Source: Mobula hypostoma (taxonomy: Eukaryota). From it: DNA of 64,000 bases. Position numbers and translations under genes: made by a program. Under the pieces are notes generated by a model. The model was not told the DNA's origin, made no database searches, and saw nothing but the letters and a program-made list of their open reading frames with translations. Within the stretch, counting starts at the first letter, position 1. Each line of letters opens with the position of its first letter. Of this stretch, positions 36,541-49,400 are shown piece after piece. Where the stretch lies: contig NC_086103.1 in NCBI RefSeq assembly GCF_963921235.1, forward strand, positions 97,030,001 to 97,094,000, read 5' to 3'.

Positions 36541-38346
36541 ATACAGGAAATCAGAAAAGCTGAACACTTGCAGTCTCGCTGCTCCAAGAGTTAGATATGT
36601 AAACCATGGTTTGCTAAACTTCAGAAAGAATCAGTTTTCATTTCATGTACCATTCCTGTGATTGGCATGGCCAACAGCACGCTAAGCACGTTGCAAATTT
36701 GGGAATTGGAGCTTCAATCAAATCTTCTGGATAAGGTTGTAAACAAGAATGTAAAGACCTTCTGGAACAGATACAAGAGTCAGCTGAGGCAAAAAAAAAT
36801 TAGACAAAATATTATTGTGCAGAATTACAGAAAATTCCAAACTTTTCAAAAACAATTTGCATTTTGTATTTCATAAAAGAAATTACATTTAAATTTAGCA
36901 ATACTCCTGGTAGAATGCATAGTGAAAAACTACATGTATTAGCATACATGGTGCAAACTCATTTTCAATTAAACTATTCTTTGCATATAAGCAAAGTTGT
37001 CTTTCATCACTTCTATACAATAACTACAATATCAATCTTTAGACCAATTAAAGGTTAAAGGTGAATATTGTCAGACCAAAGAAAGATTTTTTTTTAATTC
37101 ATACATACCAAGATGAGCAGTAATTTCAAGGCAGCTCCAAAAGCACATAAACTCACTGACTTTTGTTACTGCTGTGTAACTCTTTGGCTTAATCCTTTGA
37201 ACTGAAGTAATTTTCAAGGTTAGAACACCAAAGATTCAAATTACTTCCTTGATAATATGAAGAACATCAACTAAGACAAATTCTTAATATTTTTATAGCA
37301 ACTGGCTCTTCACATTAGAAGGCAGTGTTTTTTTTTGGGATTCCTAAATGTGATGTAATTAGAACACTTCACTATGTCACTAAGGAATCTTACATGGAAT
37401 AGCAGATTTCAGCTTCTGTGTTTCTGAATTTAATACATTAAGCTGGGTTGAATGTTTTATTCCAGCTCTGTTTAAGTATAAAAACATTTTGTGTTTAATG
37501 TTTCATACTTTGATTGTATGTAATGAAACGCATTTTTGCCACATTAGGACTTACAAAGTAAACTCGAAACAACAAATTTCTGGAGGTAGAGAAATACAGA
37601 AAAGTGTTGGAACAAAAACATTGCTTAAAAACAATACAAATAAAATACAATTAAGAGCTACTAGAGTCAATAGGACTCAACAGTTGTACAAGAAACTGGA
37701 TCAATGCTAAAATTATAGAATTGCAACAAACTACATTTCACTTCTCATGCTTTTTAAATTGAATGGGTGGATTGGTTCCACAAGAATCCACATCAAAATT
37801 TCAAAAGAAGTTTACTTTTTCTACTGTCATCTATTGAATACATTTAGTTACAACACAGGTGATGGAGCTGAAACATTCATGCTCAAGGGGCAACAAAAGA
37901 GTTAAGGAAATAAAATCTCAAATTCATAATAATCCAATCACACATTTTTATTTATGAACAATTAAGATTAGGATAAACTAGTCTCAACTTAATTGCACAT
38001 GGAGCACTTGTCACTTCTGAAAAAAGATAACTATGCATTTGGTGCATAGACAATTCTGTCAATTGCAAAAGGTACAAAATTGCTGACAAAATTAAATCAT
38101 TTTAACGCAAAAGGGGAATAAATAAGATGATGCTTAGTTCATATGGTGCTCACTAAAGGAAACCTTATATTACAGTATTGAACAACGTAGCTGATCAGAT
38201 CAACAAACTCTGTATACTTCTCTCATGCACTGAAACAGGTAAAAATATTCTACCACTAGTGATAAAATATCCAATAATGACTTCCAAGTTAACCTTCACC
38301 TTTTCTGTACATACACATGTAAAATTTACACTATATACAGAAAAAA

Positions 38347-39360
38347 TTATATTATTGTTACATTAGATGTGGTTTTTACTTCTTCATGTGAATTATTTTT
38401 TAATAACTCTTTGATGAATTGTTCAAGAGCAGCAAAATAGCCCTGGCACTGCCAGGTATCATTATGAGTTCCATCCGGAAAAATGACTAGTCTCTTAGTC
38501 CGTGATGCAGACAGCTCACAGAGTTGTTTCATCATGACTGGTGGAATTAGCTGGTCTGACAATCCAGAAATCAAAAGGGATGGCATCCTGCACTGGGCAA
38601 TCTTGTTGTAGGACAAAAATTTGTTCCTGTAGCACCAAAGTGGAAGATACCTCATGGGAAAGAAGGAGAACAAAGTGCTGGCCATATGTGGGATACTGAG
38701 GAAGGTGTTCTCAATAATTATTGCAAAAATCCTATGTGGATTCTCTGAGGCCAAGTGAATAGCAACTGCACCACCCAAAGAGCGACCAAATAAGATTATT
38801 TTGGTTTTATCAAGATCAGGTCTGGTCATAACATAATCCAACACAGCTTCTGAATCCAAGTAAAGGCCTTTTTCACTCGGTTCCCCCTCACTCCTTCCGT
38901 AACCTCTATAATCTACAAGTAGTACATTAACTTTTAGATTGACCATCATCAACAGCGCATTTTGTATCCTGTGACCAATATTACCAGCATTGCCATGAAA
39001 ATAGATTATGGTTGGTGAATATGAAGCATTATCTCCAGTGTATCTCAACAGAATCAAATTAAGTCGGATTCCATCTTTGGTTTTAACAAAAAGATTTTCA
39101 TGTGGGATTCCAGTAGGTACAGGAACATACAAACGTGACGAAGGTGGTTGCTCTGGGAAGTAGAGGAGTACATCTTGGAATTTGTACAATATACCTGCTA
39201 CTGATGCAAGGATCAAAAAAAGCAAGAAGATGCCTCCATACAAGTGGAAGGTTAAAATCAGAGCTAGTAGAGAAATCCGGCACAGACTCCAGGACCATGA
39301 TATCAAGACAATCAGCCATTTCCTGACATAGTTCCATGACTTCCATGTTTTCTCCATCAT
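38347..39360 (-). CDS. ABHD13: Alpha/beta hydrolase domain-containing protein 13 (single coding exon, 337 aa from the first ATG)
   Basis: MMEKTWKSW... closely matches human ABHD13 throughout: [14 protein letters not shown], nucleophile elbow GRSLG, SDQLIP, GTHNDTW and C-terminal SNVTII. Splice acceptor TTTTTTTTTATAG| with the exon starting at 39400. The start could be 39357. Confidence 0.97.
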   Translation of the reverse strand: MMEKTWKSWNYVRKWLIVLISWSWSLCRISLLALILTFHLYGGIFLLFLILASVAGILYKFQDVLLYFPEQPPSSRLYVPVPTGIPHENLFVKTKDGIRLNLILLRYTGDNASYSPTIIYFHGNAGNIGHRIQNALLMMVNLKVNVLLVDYRGYGRSEGEPSEKGLYLDSEAVLDYVMTRPDLDKTKIILFGRSLGGAVAIHLASENPHRIFAIIIENTFLSIPHMASTLFSFFPMRYLPLWCYRNKFLSYNKIAQCRMPSLLISGLSDQLIPPVMMKQLCELSASRTKRLVIFPDGTHNDTWQCQGYFAALEQFIKELLKNNSHEEVKTTSNVTII

Positions 39361-41429
39361 AGTCTCTTTTAAAGGCACCAGTTTCTCAGCGACATCTGTT
39401 CTATAAAAAAAATACACAGATTAATCCTTCAGTATTTGCAGCATAATTATTTTGTAAAAGATTAAAATGATATCTATCAGCTATAAATGACTAGGTGTAT
39501 CGTGGTCTGCTATGTCAATACAGCAATGGTACAGCAGAGGAATTTAAGAAGCCGCACATCCTTCTGCACAATTGGTAATATCTATAGGTGGTGCTGCATC
39601 AAGGTGGCAAAATTATTCAAGATCCATACCACCTGGGCCACGTCATCTTTTCTTAGCTCCCATCTGGCAGGAGGAACACAAGCCTCCAAGTCCCACACCA
39701 TCAGGTTTGTACTGTGCAAATCTCCTAGGTACATATATATGTATGTATGCTAGGGAGCCTAAGAGTCTTTTTACACCAGTGTATTTGTCAACATGGCGAG
39801 TTTGTAAATCTGGCAGCAGCAAAGGATGTTTGGAATGGCGGGGGGGGGGGAGCATCTCAGGAAGGGTGTGGGAAAACTGGCAGAGAAGGAGTGCCAGGGG
39901 CAGGGGGTGGAGCAGGTGCTAACTTGTTCTGTATTTCATTTAAATACATAGTTTGTTACTCACTTTGTCTTTTTTTTTTAAATACCTTAACTATTTCCAT
40001 GAAAATTCGACTAATTGAGCCAGCTGTTTAATTGGGACAAAATGCAAAATGTACTGGTCCCAATTAACCAGAATCCACTGCAGTCAAATTAGAGTTTTAC
40101 AGTACTTGTAAGCTTTTGCTCCATTTGATATTTTTCACTATAAATTTGTTTGTATCCTACAACAAAATAATGTTATGCTGCATTTGCTTGGAAAAAGGTC
40201 AAAGTTTTTTAAAAAATTACTAATGGCTTAGAAGAAGAATATAGTGGTGTCAAAATATTCTTCACCATTTCTACATTTCGTGCATTTAAAAAAAAATCAT
40301 GAATATAGCACAGGTAGCAAGCTACAGCACCAACATCTGACAATGATGCAATAATTATATTCGAAAATGCTTGCTGCCCCATGGTTTACAATAATTTCAA
40401 CTGAGGGCTCTGACTCTGATAAACTAGAACATAGCTTGAAATTCATTAATGACATTGTATTCACAAACCATTAGTCAGATGGATGCACAAGGAACACACT
40501 TCTCCTGAAGTTGTTTTTTTTTCCATACATGCAATTCCAAAATAGTTACCAACATGAGAATGCTTAGCCAAAGGTATCCTCAGAGCTTACTGTATTCCTT
40601 GAATTGTTCTATGTTCTACAAGAATGGATAAAATTATCGAGCTTTTTTTGAATCACAAGACCAGCAAATATTGCCATCACAAACAGCCCAGGGAAATGTT
40701 TCCCTTAGAGAGATCAACTGTGATTAAAAGCCTATATATATCACCTTCTCCTAATGACAGGAACACTACTTGAGTCATTCATTCTCATGCAGAAACCCCA
40801 TTGCTCCTTCTCTGCAACTTGAAATATAATTCGTTTTTAAAGACTTTTCTCAGTTCTGATGAAAGGTCATCACCCTGAATCATGGATTATGTTCTTCTGA
40901 CATTTTGCTTGATGTTCCTGATAATTCCAACATTAACTTTAATTTCCAGCATCTACAGCTACTTCTGCTTTTCAACACCCAATGTCTGACTTTCTTGTAG
41001 AGGCATATTCTGACGGCTGGTCCTGTTGAATATTCAGTCATGGCTAAGGACATGGCACTTGCACTGTCTCAACGAACTCCTGGGATGGATGAATGATCTT
41101 CAACAATAATAACTTTATGAGTTATAAGTTATTTGCATCAGTTTACCAGGGGTTCTGGCATCCAATGTTGTTTGACGTTAGGCAGTCATTCTCATCCTCT
41201 CTGGAATTAACCTTTTTGGTTCATATTTGGCCAAAGGACTGATGAGTCAAGTGGTCTTGTGAAACCCTGTAGGTATCAGCAAGCAGATTACTGGAGAGTA
41301 TGTACCACTTAATAATATTGTTCTGGAGGTCAAACTGGGCATTGATAAACCTCTTCCTTAAGCAGGTGTTAAGAAAGCCAAGACATTAACTTAAAAAAAA
41401 AGATTAACACGCTTAAAACCAATTAAACT

Positions 41430-42230
41430 TATTGAAGGTATTGGGCCTCGTACTTTCCTTTACAACTGGATACTTGACTTCCTCGTTGACAGACCACAAT
41501 CAATGAAGAGTGGTTACTATCTCCTCCTCGCTGATCAGTAACACAAACACACCTCACGGTTGCATGCTTAGCCCCCTGCTTTACTCTTTTACTCTTTACG
41601 CATATGACTGTGTACTAAGCACAGCTACAATGTCATCTTCAAATCTGCAACAACACTTCTGGGGTTGGACAAATTACAGCAGCGATGAATCAGCTTACCA
41701 GTGACATAGGACACCTGACTGAGTGATGCCACAATAACAACTGCTCGTTTAATGTCGGTAAAACAGAAGAACTGAATATTAACTTCAGGAAATGGAAGGA
41801 GATTGAACATGCACCAGCCTACATTGGGGGAATCAGCAGTGAGGGAGTCAGCAAATTTAAATTCCTGGGCATTAAATATATCATGAGCCAAACTCACAGA
41901 TACAATCATAAGGAAAGCATGCCACTGTCCTAACTTTCTTTGCAGGTTAAGGAGGTTCAGCTTGTCAGTAAACTCTCTCATAAATGTTTGAAGATGTTAA
42001 GTTCAATAGATCTGGACTGATTGCAGCATGATCTGGTACAGCAATATAAAGGTGTGGACTCTGCCCAATATATCATGGGCGTGTTCCAACTCACTGTTAC
42101 TATCTACAGCTACCATCCGACAGAAGGTACAGAGCCTCAAGTCCCACACCACTAGAACAGCCATTTGGTTCTTGAAACAATCAACCATTTGGTTCTTGAA
42201 ACAATCAGCTAAACCTCAATCGCTACAGTT
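41430..42230 (+). mobile_element. Degenerate Rex1/Babar-like LINE RT fragment
   Basis: NTNTPHGCMLSPLLYSF remnant (41510-41704), parallel to the element at 43.3-44.7 kb. Confidence 0.7.
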
Positions 42231-42388
42231 TAGCAACTACCTTGCACTCAATGTCAGTACAACCAAAGAACTGATTGTGGACTTCAGAAAGGGTAAGATG
42301 AGGGAACACAAACAAATCCAATGAGAAGGATCATAAGTGAAGAGTATGAACAATTTCAAGTCCCTGGGTTTCAATATCTGAGGATCTA

Positions 42389-43208
42389 ACATAAGACCAA
42401 AAGATATAGGAGCAGAAGTAGGCCATTCGGACCATCGAGTCTGCTCCGCCATTCAATCATGGGCTGATGCATTTCTTCCAATCAACCCCATTCGCCTGCC
42501 TTCTCCCCATACCCTTTGATGCCCTGGCTAATCAAGAACCTATCTCTCCCTGCCTTAAACACACCCAATGGATAGGCCTCCACAGCCACTCATGGCAACG
42601 AATTCCACAGATTTATCACCCTCTGACTAAAGTAATTTCTCCACATTTTTATTCTAAATGGACATCCTTCAATCCTGAAGTCATGCTCTCTTGTCCTAGA
42701 CTCCCCTACCATGGAATACATCTCCCATATCTAATTTGTTCAGGCCTTTTAACATTCGGAATGTTTCTGAGATCCCCCCCATTCTCCCGAACTCCAGGGA
42801 ATACAGCCCAAGAGCTGCCAGACGTTCCTCATATGATAACCCTTTCATTCCTGGAATCATTCACTTGAATCTTCTCTGAACCCTCACCAATGTCAGTATA
42901 TCCTTTCTAAAATAAGGAGCTTAAAACTGCACACAATACTGTGCGGTCTCATGAGTGCCTTATATAGCCTCAAAATCACATCCCTGCTCTTACATTCTAT
43001 ACCTCTAGAGATGAATGTCAACATTGCAATTGCTTTCTTCACCACCGACTCAACCTGGAGGTTAACCTTTAGGCTACCCTGCACAAGGACTCCCAAGCCC
43101 CTTTGCATTTTGGCATTTTAAATTCTCTCCCAATCTAAATAATAGTCTGCCCATTTATTTCTTCCACCAAAGTGCATAACCATACACTTTCCAACATTGC
43201 ATCTCATA
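42389..43208 (-). mobile_element. CR1 3' fragment
   Basis: Collinear with 46940-47770. ORF remnant QRGLGVLVQGSLKVNLQVESVVKKA (42893-43108). Confidence 0.88.
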
Positions 43209-43289
43209 TGTTACTCACTCCCCTTGGAAGTTTTCGTGTTTTATTGTTTTACAACAGTGAATCACAGTAGATTTAATTTGGCCTTTTTT

Positions 43290-44720
43290 TGGCATGAGAC
43301 GGCATCCCAGGGCAGGTAGTCAGGATGTGCGCAACACAACTTGCAGGTGTTTCAGTCATTTTAAAATCTCTCCCTTTCCCAGTATGCCCTCCTACTTCAA
43401 AACGTCCACCACTGTACCTGTACCTAAAAAGACCAAGGTAACATGTCTGAACCTGTCGCACTTACCTCAATAATAAGCAAATGCTTTGACAGGCTGGTCA
43501 AGGATTACATCTGCAGCTTGCTACCACCCACACTGGACCCCTACAATTTGCCTACTGACACAACCGATCAACAGAAGACGCAATAGCCACAGCTCTACAC
43601 GCCGTCTTTATACATCTGGAGAAGAAGGATGCTTATGTGAGAATGCTGTTCTTGGACTACAGTTCAGCATTGAACACCATAATTCCCTCCAGGCTTGACA
43701 AAAAGCTCAGAGACCTCAGCCTTCACCCTGCCTTGTGAAGCTGGATCCTGTACTTCCTGTCAGATCGGTGCCAGGTGGTAAGAGAGGGTCCCTCACCTCT
43801 GCCCCTCAACACAGGTCCCCCTCAGGGCTGTGTCCTAAGCCCCATTCTTTACTCTCTGTATACCCATGGCCGCGTCGTCACCCACAGCTCCAATCTGCTA
43901 ATCAAATTTGCTGATGATACTACATTGATAGGTCTACTCTCTAATAATAACGAGGCAGCCTACAGAGAAGACATTATCACCCTCACATGGTGGTGTCAAG
44001 AAAACAACCTCTCCCTCAATGTCACAAAAACAAAGAAGCTGGTTGTGGATGGGCTACAGGAGGAATGGAGACAGGCTAACCCCTATTGACATCAATGGAT
44101 CTGGGATTGAGAAGGTGAACAGTTTTATGTTCCTCGGCATAAACATCACCGAGGATCTCACATGGTTTGTACATACCGACTCTGTGGTGAAAAAAAGCAC
44201 AACAGCACCACTTTCACCTCAGACTGTTGAAGAAGTTTGGTATGGGCCCCCAAATCCTAAGAACTTTCTATAGGGGCACAATTGAGAGCATCCTAACTGA
44301 CTGCATCACTGCCTGGTATGGGAACTGGACTTCCCTCAATCGCAGGACTCTGCAGAGAGTGGTGCGGACTTCCCATTATTCAGGAAATTTACAAAGACAA
44401 GTGTGTAAAAAGGGCCTGAAGGATCATTGGGGACCTGAGTCACCCCAACCACAAACTGTTCCAGCTGCTGCCATTGGGGAAAAGGTACCGCAGCATAAAA
44501 GCCAGAACCAACAGACTCTGGGACAGCTTCTTCCACCAGGCCATCAGACTGATTAATTCATGCTGATACAACTGTATTTCTATGTTATATTGACTGTCCT
44601 TTTGTACATACTATTATAAATTACCATAAATTGCACATTCCATATTTGGACGGAGACGTAACATAGAGATTTTTACTCATGTATATGAAGGATGTAAGTA
44701 ATAAAGTCAATTCAATTCAA
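43290..44720 (+). mobile_element. Rex1/Babar-like LINE, RT region to 3' tail
   Basis: LNTGPPQGCVLSPILYSLYTH, KFADDTTLIGL and FYRGTIESILTDCITAWYG. Ends AATAAAGTC followed by AATTCAATTCAA at ~44700-44720. Confidence 0.85.
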
Positions 44721-45135
44721 CTCATTGATCAACAGAAAAAGACTTTCATGTCAAATTGGAAAGAGATCTTCACAAAGTGAACTAAATTATTTACAAATAT
44801 AAAACACAAAATAATTCGATTGTAGCAAAAACACATCTGTGTTTGGTGAGTCAGTATCCTGGCAAAAACTATACCATGAAAACAAAAGAACACTCCAAGC
44901 AATTCCCCGAAAAGGTTATTGAAAAGCTCAAGTCAGGAGATGGATACAAGAAAATTTCCAAATCACAGAATATCCCTTGGCATACAGTTAAGCCAATCAT
45001 CAAGAATGTAAAGAATATGACACAGCTGTAAATCTGCCTAGAGCAGGCTGTCCTCAAAAACTGAGTGACCATGCAAGAAGGGGACCAGTGAGGGAGGCCA
45101 CCAAGAGATCTATGACAACTCTAAAGGAGTTGCAA
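44721..45135 (+). mobile_element. Tc1 transposase N-terminal fragment (5' flank probably continues at ~43215-43290)
   Basis: MKTKEHSKQFPEKVIEKLKSGDGYKKISKSQNIPWHTVKPIIK (paired-like HTH), then REATKRSMTTLKELQ. Confidence 0.8.
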
Positions 45136-45665
45136 GCTCCCCATTGTAAATTGGGAGACTGCTTTGTCGAGCACCTGCAATTCATCCACAAAAAGCGGAA
45201 TATCATGCTGGCCAACCAACTTAATTCTGATTCCCATTCTAATCCGATGTTTTGGTCCATGGCCTCCTCTTGTGCCACAATGAGGATCATCTGGGTTGCC
45301 TCCAACGATGGCATGAACATCGACTTCTTACAGTAAAAAAGGTCTTTCTTCCCCCTTCCATTCCACCACTCTGGCCTCTCACCTCTTATCACCTCTCCCT
45401 GGTGCCCTTCCTCCTTCCCTTTCTCCCATGGTCCATTCTCCTCTCATATCCAGCCCTTTATCTTTCCAACCCACCTGGCTCCACCCATTACCTTTGAGTT
45501 AGTCCTCTTTCACCTGTCCCCCGCCCTTTCCAGTCTTGAAGAAGAATCTTGGCACGAAATGTCAACTGTTTATTTATTTCCATAACTTGACCTAACCTGC
45601 TGAGTTCCTCCAGCATTTGTGTGTATTGCTTTGGATTTCCAGCATCTGCAGAATTTTTTGTGTTT
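45136..45665 (+). mobile_element. PLE 3' fragment (GIY-YIG end, 3' UTR, degenerate hammerhead)
   Basis: LGDCFVEHL remnant, CCTCCAACGATGGCATGAACATCGACTTCT, AGTCTTGAAGAAG...CGAAATGTCAACTG and terminal TTCCAGCATCTGCAGA. Confidence 0.8.
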
Positions 45666-46429
45666 ATGATATGCTAGCACAACTGCTGTTAATGGCATAT
45701 GACTGTACTGTTTGCTATGAGTGCTATGTTACTGTGGAATTGGAGCATTTCTCTAAAGAAAGGCAATAAATTTGATTAATTTTTGAAGTATCACTCTAAA
45801 AACCAAAAGGTCATATTTGAAGCAATCCCTGCCACCCTATCTCCATAACTTAAGATTCACATTGCAAACCAATACAAAGCATTATCATTTGACTATTATT
45901 ACATAACCTCCAGTTATGAAAGATATTTTCCAATCTCAAGGTAACATACAATACACCCAGGCTTCAAACAGACATCTAATAACTCTGTACAATGTGCCAG
46001 CTCAAAAAGCTCATGGATATTCAGGAAAAATATTGGAATGGACCTACTTATTGAAAACAGGCACTTATCAGAGAAATGTCAAGAAAGGAGAAGGAAAGAA
46101 ACAAGCGGAAGAGGATCAGTTATCATTAATCAAAAGACAGACAAGGGTTCTACAGGTGATCTACTGACTCACCAGTGAGGTCTCCATAATTTTGATAAAC
46201 AAATTACACAGCTTAGACTGAACACTGAAGCTCAGCTCAGACGACTAACCGCAATTTATGTATAATTAATGTAACAACGTTAATACTGAAATTATGTAAC
46301 ATTTCAGTATTAATACACCATAGTGATTTACAGTGGTCAAATGTACAAATTATCACACCAAGGGATAGAGAATTAACAGAAGTATCTTTGAAGGAAATTC
46401 AAACATGATTAAATGGGCTGAACTGCAAC

Positions 46430-49400
46430 AGTTAGAAAACTACAGCACAGAAACAGACCCTACGGTGCTTCTAGACTGTGCTGAACCGCCCAATCCCATC
46501 GACTTGCACTCAAACCATAGCCCTCCATACCCTGCCCATCCATGTACCTATCCAAATTTCTCTTAAACGTTGAACTCAAAACCGCATCCACTACTTGTGC
46601 ACTGGCAGTTCATTCCACTCTCTCCACCCCCCGAGTCCCCTTAACCCATGAGTCTTCCCCCAACCTCTGTGGAAAAAGCCTGCTTATCTTTACCCTATCT
46701 ATACCCCTCATAATTTTGTATACCACTATCAAAATTATGCCTAACCTCAGTGCTTGGAAAAGTGTTGAAGTCTATTACTAAGGATGAGGTTTTGGGTACT
46801 TAGAGACTAATGATAAAATAAGTCAGTCAGCATGGTTTCTGTGAAGGGAAATCTTGCCTGACAAATCTGTTGGGAGTTCTTTGAGGAAGTAACAGGCAGG
46901 GTGGACAAAGGAGAGGCAGTGGATGCCACTTAGACCATAAGACCATAAGACAAAAGAGCAGAAGTAGGCCATTTGGCCCATCGAGTCCGCTCCGCCATTT
47001 TATCATGAGCTGATCCATTTTATCCTATTTAGTCCCACTGCCCTGCCTTCTCACCATAACCTTTGATGCCCTGGCTACTCAGATACCTATCAATCTCTGC
47101 CTTAAAGATACCCAATGATTTGGCCTCCACTGCTGCCCGTGGCAACAAATTCCATAGATTCACCACTCTCTGACTAAAAAATTTTTTTCGCATTTCTGTT
47201 CTGAAAGGGCGCCCTTCAATCCTGAAGTCATGCCCTCTCGTACTAGACTCCCCCATCATGGGAAACAACTTTGCCACATCCACTCTGTCCATGCCTTTTA
47301 ACATTCGAAATGTTTCTATGAGGTCTCCCCTCATTCTTCTAAACTCCAAGGAATACAGTCCAAGAGTGGACAAACGTTCCTCATATGTTAACCCTCTCAT
47401 TCCCGGAATCATTCTAGTAAATCTTCTCTGTACCCTCTTCAACGTCAGCACATCCTTTCTTAAATAAGGAGACCAAAACTGCTCACAGTACTCCAAGTGA
47501 GGTCTCACCAGCACCTTATAGAGTCTCAACATCACATCCCTGCTCCTATACTCTATTCCTCGAGAAATGAATGCCAACATTGCATTCGCCTTCTTCACTA
47601 CCGACTCAACCTGGAGGTTAACTTTAAGGGAATCCTGTACGAGGACTCCCAAGTCCCGTTGCATTTCAGAACTTTGAATTCTTTCCCCATTTAAATAATA
47701 GTCTGCCCGTTTATTTTTTCTGCCAAAGTGCATAACCATACACTTTCCAACATTGTACTTCATTTGCCACTTCTCTGCCCATTCTTCCAATCTATCCAAG
47801 TCTCTCTGCAGACTCTCCGTTTCCTCAGCACTACCGGCCCCTCCACCTACCTTCATATTGTCAGCAAACGTAGCCACAAAGCCATCTATTCCATAATCCA
47901 AATCGTTGATGTACAATGTAAAAAGAAGCCGCCCCAACACTAATCCCTGTGGAACACCACTGGTAACCGGCAGCCAACCAGAATAGGATCCCTTTATTCC
48001 CACTCTCTGTTTCCTGCCAATCAGCCAACGCTCTATCCACGTATGTAACTTTCCAGTAATTCCATGGGCTCTTATCTTGTTAAGCAGCCTCATGTGTGGC
48101 ACCTTGTCAAAGGCCTTCTGAAAATCCAAATATACAACATCCACTGCATCTCCCTTGTCTAGCCTACTGGTAATTTCCTCAAAAAATTGTAATAGGATTG
48201 TCAGGCAGGATTTTCCTTTAAGGAATCCATGCTGAGTTCTGCCTATCTTGTCATATGCCTCCAGGTACTCTGTGACCTCATCCTTGACAATCGACTCCAA
48301 CAACTTCCCAACCACCGACGTCAAGCTAACAGGTCTATAATTTCCTTTTTGCTTCCTTGCCCCCTTCTTAAATAGTGGAGTGACATTTGCAATCTTCCAG
48401 TCCTCCGGAACCATGCCAGAATCTATCGACTTTTGAAAGATCATCGCTAATGACTCCGCAATCTCCACAGCTACTTCCTTCAGAACACGAGGGTGCATTC
48501 CATCTGGTCCAGGAGATTTATCGACCTTTAGCCTATTCAGCTTCCTGAGTACTTTCTCTGTCGTAATTGTGACTGCGCACACTTCTCTTCCCTGCCACCC
48601 TTGAGTGTCCGGTATCCTGCTGTCTTCCTCAGTGAAGACTGATGCAAAATACTTGTTCAGTTCCTCTGCCATCTCCACATCTCCCATTACAATTTCTCCA
48701 GTATCATTTTCTATCGGTCCTATATCTACTCTCACCTGTCTTTTACTCTTTATATACTCGAAAAAGCTTTTAGTATCTTCTTCGATATTATTTGCTAGTT
48801 TCCTTTCATAGTTAATCTTTTCTCTCTTAATGACCTTCTTGGTTTCCTTTTGTAAGATTTTAAAGACTTCCCAATCCTCTGTCTTCCCACTAATTTTTGC
48901 TTCCTTGTATGCCCTCTCCTTAGCTTTAACTTTGGCTTTGACTTCTCTTGTCAACCACGGTTGCATCCTTTTTCCACTCGAAAATTTCTTCTTTTTTGGA
49001 ATATACCTGTCTTGCACATTCCTCATTTCTCGCATAAACTCCAGCCACTGCTGCTCTGCCGTCTTTCCCGCCAGTGTCTCTTTCCAGTCAACTTTGGCCA
49101 GTTCCTCTCTCATGCCACTGTAGTTTCCTTTACTCCACTGAAACACTGACACATCAGATTTCGGCTTCTCTTTTTCTAATCTCACAGTGAACTCAATCAT
49201 GTTATGATCACTGCCTCCTAAGGGTTCCTTCACCTCAATCTCTCCAATCACCTCCGGTTCATTACACAATACCCAATCCAGTACAGCCGATCCCCTAGTG
49301 GGCTCAACAACAAGCTGTTCTAAAAAGCTATCTCGCAGACATACTACAAATTCTCTCTCTCGGGATCCAGTGCTGACCTGATTTTTCCAATCTACTCGCA

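Noticed and set aside
39361-39417. N-terminal extension of ABHD13 in the ORF track
   Set aside because: It begins at a non-ATG codon within the intron polypyrimidine tract. Homology starts at MMEK.
42161-42208. 24-bp tandem duplication (CCATTTGGTTCTTGAAACAATCA)
   Set aside because: Ordinary local slippage within a decayed LINE.
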